Source of the DNA: Armatimonadota bacterium
GTDB lineage: Bacteria > Armatimonadota > Fimbriimonadia > Fimbriimonadales > Fimbriimonadaceae
DNA length: 46,402 nt
Assembly: GCA_031400935.1 (NCBI GenBank)
Contig: JANNQV010000032.1
Location: 124,001-170,402, forward strand
Reading direction: 5' to 3'
In this document: piece after piece, positions 9,697 through 18,517 of the stretch
Layout of the letters: each line of letters opens with the position of its first letter
How positions within the stretch are numbered: the stretch's first letter is position 1
Translations under genes and position numbers: made by a program
Notes under the pieces: model-generated
Told to the model about the DNA's origin: nothing
What the model saw: only the letters and a program-made list of their open reading frames with translations
Database searches by the model: none

Positions 9697-9722
9697 TACG
9701 TTGCGCTGACGAATTTGGTTCA
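9697..9722 (-). promoter_or_regulatory. Candidate ECF-sigma promoter
   Basis: Minus strand TGAAC-N17-CGTA ending 13 nt before ATG 9683. Confidence 0.4.
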
Positions 9723-9856
9723 AGGTGCTAGATCGAGTCTCTATTTGCAATCTAGTTTAATCGGGACAAGTATGGGGAATCAGAATTCGAGGGCTTGAAT
9801 GTGTGACTTACAGCATGCCGAATTCCCATCCCCGCATTCACCCCCAAACTTTTCCC

Positions 9857-9884
9857 CTTAAGATTCCCAGGTTCTTACCGATAC
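9857..9884 (+). promoter_or_regulatory. Candidate sigma-28 (FliA/SigD)-type promoter of the flagellar operon
   Basis: CTTAA-N16-CCGATAC upstream of flgB, resembling CTAAA-N16-CCGATAT. Confidence 0.4.
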
Positions 9885-9917
9885 ATCTGATACGCCGAAA
9901 TAGAAATTCGGCAATGC

Positions 9918-9976
9918 GTAGGACAGGATTCATCCTGACAGCGCTTATGTGGAAAACAGGATGAATCCTGTTCCAC
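9918..9976. repeat. Inverted pair of GTRG-type REP-like palindromes
   Basis: GTAGGACAGGATTCATCCTG on + and GTGGAACAGGATTCATCCTG on -; 15-bp perfect IR at 9923-9937/9957-9971. Confidence 0.65.
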
Positions 9977-9995
9977 ACATGCGGAGAAGAAAACC

Positions 9996-10367
9996 GTGCA
10001 GATATTAGAAAACTTGTTTGGACCCGCAGTGGGAAAGCTGCAGCGATCAATGTCGCTCACTACGCAACGCCATGCCGCGCTGACTGCCAACTTGGCAAAC
10101 GTCAACACGCCTGGCTATAAGCGAAAGGATGTTGATTTTAACCTCACGCTCGAAGAAGCCATGGGAGAATCAAGAGGCACAAGCCGGTTCAATTCCAATC
10201 ATTCGCCAAACTCAAACAACAACAGCCTGCGCTTAGACGGAAACAACGTGGACCTCGAAAAAGAGGTCATGGCACTTGCCGAAACCGAACTCCGATATCA
10301 GGCGCTCACCGATTTGACCGCCGGCTACTTTGCCGGAATGAAGAATGTAATCAGGGAAGGTAAATAA
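9996..10367 (+). CDS. flgB: Flagellar basal-body rod protein FlgB
   Basis: ANLANVNTPGYKRKDV and LRLDGNNVDLEKE motifs. Confidence 0.96.
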   Translation: MQILENLFGPAVGKLQRSMSLTTQRHAALTANLANVNTPGYKRKDVDFNLTLEEAMGESRGTSRFNSNHSPNSNNNSLRLDGNNVDLEKEVMALAETELRYQALTDLTAGYFAGMKNVIREGK

Positions 10368-10759
10368 TGAACACACTTAATGGTGCAATGCGAATCAGCG
10401 CAAGTGGGCTTTCCGCTGAGCGATTCCGCATGGACGTAATTTCTTCCAACATCGCTAATGCCAACACTACAGGTAAGGACGGCGCTGATCCTTACCGCCG
10501 ACGCGAAGTAGTTTTGCAAGGCGATACCAATGGCGTTGAGATTTCAGGAATTATCCAAGATCAAGCTCCTTTTCGAATGGAGCACGACCCTTCGCATCCA
10601 AACGCAGATTCGAATGGCAACGTGCGATATTCGAACGTTGAACCCATTACTGAAATGGTCAACATGCTCGGAGCGAGCCGGGCTTATGAGGCCAATATCG
10701 CCGCTTTTAACAGTGCCAAAGGCATGGTGAAAAGTGCCCTCACAATAGGAAGAGTTTAG
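10367..10759 (+). CDS. flgC: Flagellar basal-body rod protein FlgC
   Basis: SGLSAERFRMDVISSNIANA, HPNAD..G.V..SNV, EMVNMLGASRAYEAN. Confidence 0.97.
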   Translation: MNTLNGAMRISASGLSAERFRMDVISSNIANANTTGKDGADPYRRREVVLQGDTNGVEISGIIQDQAPFRMEHDPSHPNADSNGNVRYSNVEPITEMVNMLGASRAYEANIAAFNSAKGMVKSALTIGRV

Positions 10760-10778
10760 TTAGAACGAAAAATTAGCA

Positions 10779-10821
10779 ACCCTCCATCCCCTGCCCCTTC
10801 CTCCCGGAGGATGAAGGGGTT
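10779..10821. repeat. C-rich/G-rich palindromic intergenic element
   Basis: CCCTCCATCCCCTGCCCCTTC-CTCCCGGAGGAT-GAAGGGG between flgC and fliE. Confidence 0.5.
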
Positions 10822-10840
10822 CTGAAAAGAAACGAACATC

Positions 10841-11137
10841 ATGAGAATCCAAAACAATCCCTTACAATCCTTGGAAAAGCTAGATATTAGCCGTCCCACG
10901 TTGCGTCAAGGGCAAGGCGACGACTTCGCCAAACAGTTGATGGACGTCTTGAAAGAGGTCAACGGCGCACAGCAGAATTCTGCTGAGATGCAGACCAAAC
11001 TTCAGACGGGTCAACCAGTGGAATATCACGACGTGATGATCGCAAAGGAAAAAGCAGGCCTTGCCATAAACCTAACAATGGCGGTTCGGAACAAGATGCT
11101 GGAATCCTATCAGGAAATCATGCGAACACAAGTCTAA
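10841..11137 (+). CDS. fliE: Flagellar hook-basal body protein FliE
   Basis: HDVMIAKEKA...VRNKMLESYQEIMRTQV. Confidence 0.96.
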   Translation: MRIQNNPLQSLEKLDISRPTLRQGQGDDFAKQLMDVLKEVNGAQQNSAEMQTKLQTGQPVEYHDVMIAKEKAGLAINLTMAVRNKMLESYQEIMRTQV

Positions 11138-11170
11138 ATCTTCTCCGCTGGTCACTAAGGAACTTAGTTG

Positions 11171-12862
11171 ATGGGTGGCATACTTCTAAAAATTCGATCA
11201 TGGTGGGAAGTGGCGGACCGCACGCAGCGGGTCGTCACGATATTTGGCAGCGCTTTTTTGGTGCTGATTCTGGGTGGGACATTTTACTTTGCCAGCAAGC
11301 CGAAAATGGCAATGGCATACGGCGGTTTGACACCTGGAGATCAGGGTCGTGTCGTTGCTGAAGTGCAAAAACTCGGCATTCCAGTTGAAATTGATATGAT
11401 GGGGACCGTAAATGTTCCCCACGACAAGATCGCATTGGTTCACTCGACACTCGCCAAAAATGGCGTAAATCCAACGAGCGGGCATCTCGGCAACGCCGAT
11501 CGAGGCACGATTGGAATCATGTCGCCAAAGAGCGTCGAGGAAGCTCAACTCAACGCAATTCGGGAAGGCGAAATCGCCCAAACCTTAGAATCGCTCAACG
11601 GCGTCTCGGCCGTAAAGGTCCTTCTAACCACCGGCGACAAGAGTGCATTCGCAGGAGAGGACAACCCTCCTACAGCAAGCGTCACCATCACAGAAGAAGG
11701 CGGCGCCGATCTTTCTGGCGCACCTGCCAAGGCTATGGCTTCCCTAGTTGCGAGAGCTGTTCCTGGGCTCACAACGAAGAACGTGAGCATTGTCAATCAA
11801 GATGGATTGGCACTCTACGATGGATCAGAAGCGGAAGGCTCGTCGGCATCTTATGCAAACAAAATTTCTGGTCAGGTTAACGAAGCTCGACGAATCAAGC
11901 GAGAGTTGCAGCCGCTTTTGGATCGTTTTGGTCCGGGAAACACCGTGCTAACCGTTCGCGTCGAGATGGATTTTGACAAAGCTACTGAGCGCAAAGAAGA
12001 CGTGAAAGCAGGCACAGATCCGTTGTATAAGGAGTCCGCTGACGAAACAATGAGCGGTGGTGCTACGGGCGGTGCAACGCCAAGTGGATCGGCCGCAAAT
12101 GGCGGTAGCCCAGGTATACCAGATGGAGCGAAAGCTTCAGGCAGCAGCTATACAACCAAACAAAAGAAAGCAGAATTCCCGTACACCAAAACAAATACAG
12201 AGACCGAAAGAGCTCCGGGCACCGTTACCAAAATATCAATAAGCGTATTGGCAAACAGCAAAAATATCACCGACGTCAACCCAATCAAGAAGGCGCTTGA
12301 AGGCTATCTCGGTAGTACAAATGTTAAGGATAAGAATTTTGAAGTGAGCGTCACGCCTGCCGAATTTGACGTTAGCCAAGAAAAGGTAATGAAGGACGCT
12401 GCGGGTGCTGCATCGAGCAAGCAGACAATGCAACAGGTTATGTCTTTGCTGCCGATTGGCGCACTCGTATTGGTTGCGATGATGATCATAAAGTCAATCG
12501 CAAAGGTTGCCAAGTCCCACACGATTTCAGTCGCTGCTTACCCAAGCGGACAACTTGTTGCAGCTGGAGTTGGTTCATTGCCGCAAGGTTCGTATGATGA
12601 TGACGGCGCAATGAGCTACGCAAGTTCGTCAGGCGAAGGTGAAATCGCCGCATTGGAACCGCCCCGACCTAAGAAGAAAAAGAAGAAAATGAGTCCGGAA
12701 GAGGAAGACGAATGGGAAGATGACGAACCGATGCATGTACGAATTGGCCGAATCAACGAAAAAGTGAACGTGCCTCTTGAGCAAATCAAAAAGATGACCA
12801 AAGAAAAACCTGAAGCTGTCGCCATGCTTCTCAAGAGCTGGCTAGTGGAGGAGCGACGATGA
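11171..12862 (+). CDS. fliF: Flagellar MS-ring protein FliF
   Basis: Two TM segments, EGEIAQTLESLNGV, PTASV, C-terminal PEAVAMLLKSWL; position between fliE and fliG (alternative TTG start at 11168). Confidence 0.93.
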   Translation: MGGILLKIRSWWEVADRTQRVVTIFGSAFLVLILGGTFYFASKPKMAMAYGGLTPGDQGRVVAEVQKLGIPVEIDMMGTVNVPHDKIALVHSTLAKNGVNPTSGHLGNADRGTIGIMSPKSVEEAQLNAIREGEIAQTLESLNGVSAVKVLLTTGDKSAFAGEDNPPTASVTITEEGGADLSGAPAKAMASLVARAVPGLTTKNVSIVNQDGLALYDGSEAEGSSASYANKISGQVNEARRIKRELQPLLDRFGPGNTVLTVRVEMDFDKATERKEDVKAGTDPLYKESADETMSGGATGGATPSGSAANGGSPGIPDGAKASGSSYTTKQKKAEFPYTKTNTETERAPGTVTKISISVLANSKNITDVNPIKKALEGYLGSTNVKDKNFEVSVTPAEFDVSQEKVMKDAAGAASSKQTMQQVMSLLPIGALVLVAMMIIKSIAKVAKSHTISVAAYPSGQLVAAGVGSLPQGSYDDDGAMSYASSSGEGEIAALEPPRPKKKKKKMSPEEEDEWEDDEPMHVRIGRINEKVNVPLEQIKKMTKEKPEAVAMLLKSWLVEERR

Positions 12863-13869
12863 GACGAAAAGAAGAGCTAAACACAAAGCAGAAGGCCGCA
12901 ATCGTGATGATGGTCATTGGGCCGGAACATTCTGGACAAGTTCTGAAGCACCTCAAAGAAGATCAAGTTGAACAATTGACAATTGAGGTTGCCAGGCTCG
13001 ACCGAATTACGCCGGAGCAGCGCGAGTCGGTGATTCTTGAATTTCATGAGCTGGCACTTGCGCAAGATTTTATCGCCGAAGGTGGACTCGACAATGCGCG
13101 ACAAGTACTCGAGTCGGCGTTCGGCGGCGAACGCGCAAAAGACATGCTCGATAAGATCGTTACAGCGATGCAAATCGTACCTTTCGATTTTCTGAAGAGA
13201 GCCGATCCCAACCATGTTCTCAGCTTCATTCAGGATGAGCATCCACAAACAATTGCTCTTGTACTTTCCTACATGCCGGTAAGTGGTGCGTCAATTGTCT
13301 TGTCAAAACTTCCTGAAGCACTTCGTGGCGAAGTTGCCGGTCGAATTGCAGGCATGGAACAAACGCCACCCGAAGTTATCCGCAGAGTTGAGCAGGTTTT
13401 GGAAAAGAAGCTAAGTTCAATGCTTAGCCAAGAAATGCAGCAAGCTGGTGGTCCAAAAGCATTGGTTGACCTCTTGAACCGAGTTGATCGGTCAACGGAG
13501 CGACTCATTATGGACTCGATTACGGAATCCAACCCCGAACTTGCCGATACCGTCAAGAACATGATGTTTGTCTTTGAAGATATCGTTCAGCTAGATGACC
13601 GAGCCGTCCAACAGATTTTGAAGGAAGTTGACATCAAGGAGCTTGCGACAGCGCTAAAAGGAATTAGTGCTGTAGTGCAGGAAAAAGTTTTCAAAAACAT
13701 GTCTGAACGTGCTGTCGGAATGTTGAAAGAGGACATGGAATTCATGGGGCCAATTCGAATCAAATTGGTAGAAGAAGCACAACAAAAGGTTGTTTCGATC
13801 ATCCGGCGACTAGAGGAATCGGGAGACATCGTTCTAGGTCGCAGTGGCGAAGAAGAGGTCATGGTCTAA
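12859..13869 (+). CDS. fliG: Flagellar motor switch protein FliG
   Basis: QKAAI, EHPQTIAL, MFVFED, EEAQQKVVSIIRRLEE. Confidence 0.98.
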   Translation: MRRKEELNTKQKAAIVMMVIGPEHSGQVLKHLKEDQVEQLTIEVARLDRITPEQRESVILEFHELALAQDFIAEGGLDNARQVLESAFGGERAKDMLDKIVTAMQIVPFDFLKRADPNHVLSFIQDEHPQTIALVLSYMPVSGASIVLSKLPEALRGEVAGRIAGMEQTPPEVIRRVEQVLEKKLSSMLSQEMQQAGGPKALVDLLNRVDRSTERLIMDSITESNPELADTVKNMMFVFEDIVQLDDRAVQQILKEVDIKELATALKGISAVVQEKVFKNMSERAVGMLKEDMEFMGPIRIKLVEEAQQKVVSIIRRLEESGDIVLGRSGEEEVMV

Positions 13870-13872
13870 CCA

Positions 13873-14544
13873 ATGGCATCGAAAAATATTTACGCCTCTT
13901 CGACTCCGACATACAACTTCGCAGACCGAATTGAGACAATTGCAAAGGAAATTGTTGATGCCAATATTCCTTCGCGCAGAAAAGGTGCGGGGCGAACCGC
14001 AGAAGCCTTGTCGCGATTAAAGGAAGCTGCAATAAATGAAGGGTTTGAAGAGGGCTACGCAAAGGGACTTGCGAAAGGGGAAGTGGAAGCTCGGCAATCC
14101 GTCGAGGCCCAAACTGATCAAGCAATTCAAGATTTTGCCAATACTCTACAAGACAAATCCGATCAGGTTTTCTTCGCGGCAAAAGCTTGGGCAGACGAAT
14201 CAGAACATTTACTTGCAAAGCTTTCGGTGCTCATAGCTTCCAAAATTCTTGGACAAGAACTGCGGCTAGAACATGACACTGTAACAGCTATCGCCAAAGA
14301 TGCGATCAAAGAAGTCCTTCTTGCTGAAAGCGTTCGCATTAGAGTCAATCCTTTCGACGTTCCAGTAATTGAGCAACGAAAACAAGAACTGCTAGCAGTC
14401 AATAAACAACTTCGGAACATCGAAATTGTTGACGATCCAACAATCAGCGGCGGTTGCGTCATTGAATCGGAAGCCGGAATTGTTGATGCAAGCATTGAGA
14501 CTAAGCTCGGAATCCTATTTGACTCTTTGAGAGAGGCGGCATGA
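13873..14544 (+). CDS. fliH: Flagellar assembly protein FliH
   Basis: GxxxG repeats (EGFEEGYAKGLAKG), DPTISGGCVIESEAGIVDAS. Confidence 0.93.
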   Translation: MASKNIYASSTPTYNFADRIETIAKEIVDANIPSRRKGAGRTAEALSRLKEAAINEGFEEGYAKGLAKGEVEARQSVEAQTDQAIQDFANTLQDKSDQVFFAAKAWADESEHLLAKLSVLIASKILGQELRLEHDTVTAIAKDAIKEVLLAESVRIRVNPFDVPVIEQRKQELLAVNKQLRNIEIVDDPTISGGCVIESEAGIVDASIETKLGILFDSLREAA

Positions 14545-15860
14545 AGCTAGCGATTCCCATCTTCGAAAAAGCTCAAGCGGTGCTAGAAACGGCCCCAACA
14601 TACCGGCTATTTGGCCGAGTTCGACAAATTGTTGGACTCGTTATCGAGTCAAACGGCCCAGCTTCAAGAGTTGGAGAACTTGTATACATTCACTCCTCCG
14701 ACGGCACCAAAATGCCAGCGGAAGTGGTCGGATTCCGAGGCGATTTGAACCTATTAATGCCTCTGGGCGAGATTTCTGGAATTCGTGCAGGCTCTATGGT
14801 TGAAGCCACCGGACACTGCTTGCGGGTACCAGTCGGAACCGCATTGATTGGGCGCACAATTGACGGTTTGGGTGCTCCAATGGATGACCTTCCTATCCCA
14901 AATGTGAGCCGGTTTTATCCTATCTACTCACCTCCGCCATCTGCGCTTAAGCGCAACAAAATCAGCCACCCGATTCCTACGGGAGTTCGTGCAATTGACG
15001 GCTTAATCACCCTTGGCGAAGGCCAACGGATCGGCATATTTTCGGGTTCTGGTGTGGGCAAGTCAACCCTGTTAGGCATGATCGCAAGGAATTGCGAAGC
15101 GGACGTAAACGTAATTGCGCTTATCGGTGAGAGAGGCCGTGAGGTTCGCGAGTTCATTGAAAACGACTTAGGTCCCGAAGGACTGGCTCGTTCAGTGATT
15201 GTATGCGCTACTTCAGATCAGCCTGCACTTCTTCGAATCAAGGCAGCATTTACGGCTACTGCGATTGCCGAGTATTTCCGAGATCAAGGAAACCGGGTTT
15301 TGTTAATGATGGATTCCGTCACGAGATTTTGCATGGCGCAACGGGAAATCGGGCTGGCTACGGGAGAACCGCCAAGCTCGAAGGGCTACACACCCAGTGT
15401 TTTTTCGATTCTGCCCAAGCTAATGGAGCGTGCCGGAAACAGCGATAGGGGCTCAATCACTGCCCTATACACCGTTCTCGTGGAAGGCGATGACAACAAC
15501 GAGCCAATAGCCGACGCGACTCGATCAATCCTTGACGGTCACGTGGTTTTGAGCCGCAAACTGACTAACAAAGGCCATTATCCGCCGATAGACGTTTTAA
15601 GCAGCCTGAGCCGAACCATGCCGATGGTAGTGGGCGGCGAGCACATCGAATCAGCGCGAAAAATGAGAGAGTGGATCGCGGCTTACGATGAGGTTGAAGA
15701 CCTCGTTTCCATTGGAGCATACAAATCAGGAGCAAAACCGATAGCTGATTTAGCAATCGAAAAATGGCACGCAATCAACAGCTTTCTTCGACAAGGCAAG
15801 GCGGATGGGACTTCGTGGAACGAATCCATAGCGCAATTAGACGGGGTAACCAATGGCTAA
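14541..15860 (+). CDS. fliI: Flagellar export ATPase FliI
   Basis: GQRIGIFSGSGVGKS, GERGREV, DSVTRF, SILDGH. Confidence 0.98.
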   Translation: MKLAIPIFEKAQAVLETAPTYRLFGRVRQIVGLVIESNGPASRVGELVYIHSSDGTKMPAEVVGFRGDLNLLMPLGEISGIRAGSMVEATGHCLRVPVGTALIGRTIDGLGAPMDDLPIPNVSRFYPIYSPPPSALKRNKISHPIPTGVRAIDGLITLGEGQRIGIFSGSGVGKSTLLGMIARNCEADVNVIALIGERGREVREFIENDLGPEGLARSVIVCATSDQPALLRIKAAFTATAIAEYFRDQGNRVLLMMDSVTRFCMAQREIGLATGEPPSSKGYTPSVFSILPKLMERAGNSDRGSITALYTVLVEGDDNNEPIADATRSILDGHVVLSRKLTNKGHYPPIDVLSSLSRTMPMVVGGEHIESARKMREWIAAYDEVEDLVSIGAYKSGAKPIADLAIEKWHAINSFLRQGKADGTSWNESIAQLDGVTNG

Positions 15861-16272
15861 TTTTCACTTTCGATTGCAGAGAGTTCTCGATTACAGAGAA
15901 TTGCTTGAGCAAAATGCAAAGGATGCATACCTTGAAGCGCGAGCAAATCGGCTTGTCGCAGAGGCAGAATCCGAGCAGTTTGGAATTCGGCGCAGCCGAC
16001 TGACTTCTGGCGCTTCAAAAACGATTCAAGATCGAATCGCAATTGAGCGAATGATGAACCGCATCGAAAACGAAGAACGCCAACAAGCCACGGTAATCGA
16101 AATACTTACGCAAGAAGAAGAAACCAAGCGCGAAGAATGGATTGAAAAACGAAAGGAACAGGAAACCCTTGTAAAGCTCAGCGAGCGAGACAAGGAAGAA
16201 TGGTTCATCGAGGAAAAGCGCAAGGAACAAACCGAGTCGGATGAGTGGGCTGTGAATAAGAGAGCATCATGA
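15853..16272 (+). CDS. fliJ: Flagellar export chaperone FliJ
   Basis: FHFRLQRVLDYR start, coiled coil, EQTESDE end; follows fliI. Confidence 0.9.
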   Translation: MANFHFRLQRVLDYRELLEQNAKDAYLEARANRLVAEAESEQFGIRRSRLTSGASKTIQDRIAIERMMNRIENEERQQATVIEILTQEEETKREEWIEKRKEQETLVKLSERDKEEWFIEEKRKEQTESDEWAVNKRAS

Positions 16273-16856
16273 GAATTGAAATTGGAATCAAAGGGCCGGA
16301 AGCGATTCGATCGCGAATGGCTGAAATTCAAGCAAAACTCGAGGCCGCGTTTCCGAGCGTTCAAAAGACTTCATCACAAATTCCAAGCGGACTTTCAGGT
16401 TCACTTGGCGGATTTTCGCCCTTTGATCCATTTGGTGATCAAACTATGGTTAAACTAACGCAAACCCCAGAAAACCTAAAGGCGATGATCGAAAACGCTG
16501 CAAAGGATGCTGGAATTGACCCAGCTCTTTTTGATTCACTCGTTTCCGCGGAGAGCGCTTATGATCCTGGCGCGAGATCTTCGGCGGGAGCAATGGGACT
16601 TTCGCAACTCATGCCGGGCACTGCACGTTCTTTAGGAGTGACAAATCCATTTGATCCTGAGCAAAATTTGCGAGGTGGGGCGACCTATCTTTCGCAAATG
16701 CTCAAGAGATTTGGAGGCGATCCTCAACTTGCTTTAGCTGCATATAACGCTGGGCCGGGTGCAGTTGAAAAATATAATGGCATTCCTGAATACAAGCAGA
16801 CCCAGGATTACGTCAAGAAGATAATGGCTCTGTATAGCCAGAAAACCGGGCGATGA
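16269..16856 (+). CDS. SLT-domain lytic transglycosylase
   Basis: AES, GAMGLSQLMPGTA, ALAAYNAGPG motifs. Confidence 0.94.
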   Translation: MRIEIGIKGPEAIRSRMAEIQAKLEAAFPSVQKTSSQIPSGLSGSLGGFSPFDPFGDQTMVKLTQTPENLKAMIENAAKDAGIDPALFDSLVSAESAYDPGARSSAGAMGLSQLMPGTARSLGVTNPFDPEQNLRGGATYLSQMLKRFGGDPQLALAAYNAGPGAVEKYNGIPEYKQTQDYVKKIMALYSQKTGR

Positions 16857-17347
16857 AAAAATTACTAATGATCTTAGTTCCTGTCGTGCTGCTTGGTGGC
16901 GGAGCCTTTTTCGCAGCCACAAAGGGAATGATCAACATTCCGGGCGTCACGCCAAAAAAGGCGGCGAATGCACTGTATGGCGAGGGGAAGGATGCTGCGC
17001 AGCCAAGTACAGCAGAATCTACTTCGACTTCAGAACCAGAGCCAGAGGTTTCAGTCTCAGCTACCGATCCGACTCTTGCCCCAGGCCTTGTTAATGAAAC
17101 TGACCCAAAACTCGGCCAATCAAAAGTGGCGGCTCTCTGGAATGAAATGGACGTCGCCTCGCTTGAGAAGACGATTTTGGATTGGAAAGACGAAGAATTG
17201 GCTCCGATCTTGAATGCCATGAACACCGAAAAGGTCACCGAGCTGCTTCAAAAAATAGCGGGATCTGATGCCAAAAGGGCTTCTCGGCTGACAAAAGCTC
17301 TGCAAGCGGAAGCAAGTAAGAAAGAGCCGGAGCCTGTTAAGTTGTAA
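16853..17347 (+). CDS. MotE/YlxF-like flagellar accessory membrane protein
   Basis: N-terminal TM, linker, helical repeat (WNEMD...APILNAMNTEKVTELL...KRASRLT); position after fliJ. Confidence 0.65.
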   Translation: MKKLLMILVPVVLLGGGAFFAATKGMINIPGVTPKKAANALYGEGKDAAQPSTAESTSTSEPEPEVSVSATDPTLAPGLVNETDPKLGQSKVAALWNEMDVASLEKTILDWKDEELAPILNAMNTEKVTELLQKIAGSDAKRASRLTKALQAEASKKEPEPVKL

Positions 17348-17361
17348 TTTGGATGGTTGGT

Positions 17362-17573
17362 TTTGATCCCCCGACCCTCACGCGAAGCCAGGGTCGGGGG
17401 TCTCATTGCGATTCGGAGAGGTTTCATTTCATCCCACGTTACTGACTAGTTAGACGACGTCTACCATGTTTTCTTCTCAGATTCTATCGAGACCCCCGAC
17501 CCTTGGCCCGTTTTACTTGTTTCGGCTGTTTCAAGTTTCATTGGTTCGACGACCTGAGGGTCGGGGGATCAAA
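17362..17573. mobile_element. Composite REP/MITE-like element with nested inverted repeats
   Basis: 19-bp perfect terminal IR TTTGATCCCCCGACCCTCA (17362-17380/17555-17573); inner 15-bp IR AGGGTCGGGGGTCTC (17390-17404/17489-17503). Confidence 0.7.
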
Positions 17574-17730
17574 CACCTGTAAGGTCGCCGCTTGTTGAGT
17601 ATGCGAATGTCCAGGTGCGGCTCGTCGGGTCTACTACGCTCGAAACTCTTCCGTCGCCATAGTAGTTAAAGATGAGCTGTTTGCCGTTCGGATCGGTGAC
17701 CGTTGTGACTTTGTTGAAGTTGTCCAGCAC
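17569..17730 (-). pseudogene. RHS/YD-repeat gene fragment
   Basis: VLDNFNKVTTVTDPNGKQLIFNYYGDGRVSSVVDPTSRTWTFAYSTSGDLTGV, about 2.5 YD repeats; no SD; stop codon lies inside the repeat element. Confidence 0.75.
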
Positions 17731-17738
17731 ATCTGGCA

Positions 17739-18413
17739 CTAAGACTTCCCAGTCTCCACAAGGTTCATGATCCCGATACAGCCGACGACAGCGTTTCCTT
17801 CTTCGTCGTCCTTCATCGGCATGGCTCGAAGGAACATATTGCTGAACTCGCCTTTTAGTCGAATGCTGGTTTCTTCGCCGTTGAGCGCGTTCAAGTGCGC
17901 AGCAATCGGCGGGTGGAGAGGGTCTTCGCTTTTGAAAATCTCGTAGACGGTTTTGCCAACTTCCCAAACGACTCCGTAGTGCGAAGTGGGCATGACGCCA
18001 TTCGCAATGATCTGAAGCTTAAGGTCGCCGTCGGTAGCCCAAACTGTTGATTGGATCTGGTCCATTGCAAGCTGCAAGAGCGCGAGTTCGGCTCTCTGAT
18101 CTAGATGCTGCGCTTCGCGAATGGCCACTAGTTCGGCGAGGTCCGTTTTGACGAGATTGGCCGCCCTTAGTGCTGCCTCGGCTCGTTCCCTAATCACTAT
18201 CGCAACCGAGTCTGTTCTGCCCAGCCCTCCAACCTTCAGCCGGATGCGCAGCCAATAGGTGTTTACGGTTCCGATGCTCAAGTCTAGCTTGTGGGCAATG
18301 CCTTCGTTGGTTAAGCCCGCAATAGCGAGTTCGACAATCTGTGCTTCTCGAGGCGATAATACTGATGTTGCCATAGTTGCGGCGTCTGAAGAGCCTATGG
18401 AGTCTTCTAGCAT
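17739..18413 (-). CDS. Regulator with N-terminal LuxR HTH, coiled coil and C-terminal PAS-like domain
   Basis: LSPREAQIVELAIAGLTNEGIAHKLDLSIGTVNTYWLRIRLKVG; VWATDGDLK...VGKTVYE...ALNGE...VVGCIGI. Confidence 0.88.
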   Translation of the reverse strand: MLEDSIGSSDAATMATSVLSPREAQIVELAIAGLTNEGIAHKLDLSIGTVNTYWLRIRLKVGGLGRTDSVAIVIRERAEAALRAANLVKTDLAELVAIREAQHLDQRAELALLQLAMDQIQSTVWATDGDLKLQIIANGVMPTSHYGVVWEVGKTVYEIFKSEDPLHPPIAAHLNALNGEETSIRLKGEFSNMFLRAMPMKDDEEGNAVVGCIGIMNLVETGKS

Positions 18414-18517
18414 ATAATTTTACCTCGATTTCTACAAAAGAGCTGAAAAATGAGTTCCTTAAACATTTTTTTTGCGCTATGAGCGTCAAGAGCAATTCAT
18501 GAATCGAGCGATGCTGT

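Noticed and set aside
12859..15860. Non-flagellar (injectisome) type III secretion system
   Set aside because: flgB, flgC, fliE and fliG are flagellum-specific
17569..17967. 132-aa ORF as a real gene, or a programmed LuxR-RHS frameshift fusion
   Set aside because: The first ~76 codons are an alternative frame of the LuxR gene, which ends naturally after its PAS-like domain; no slippery site seen
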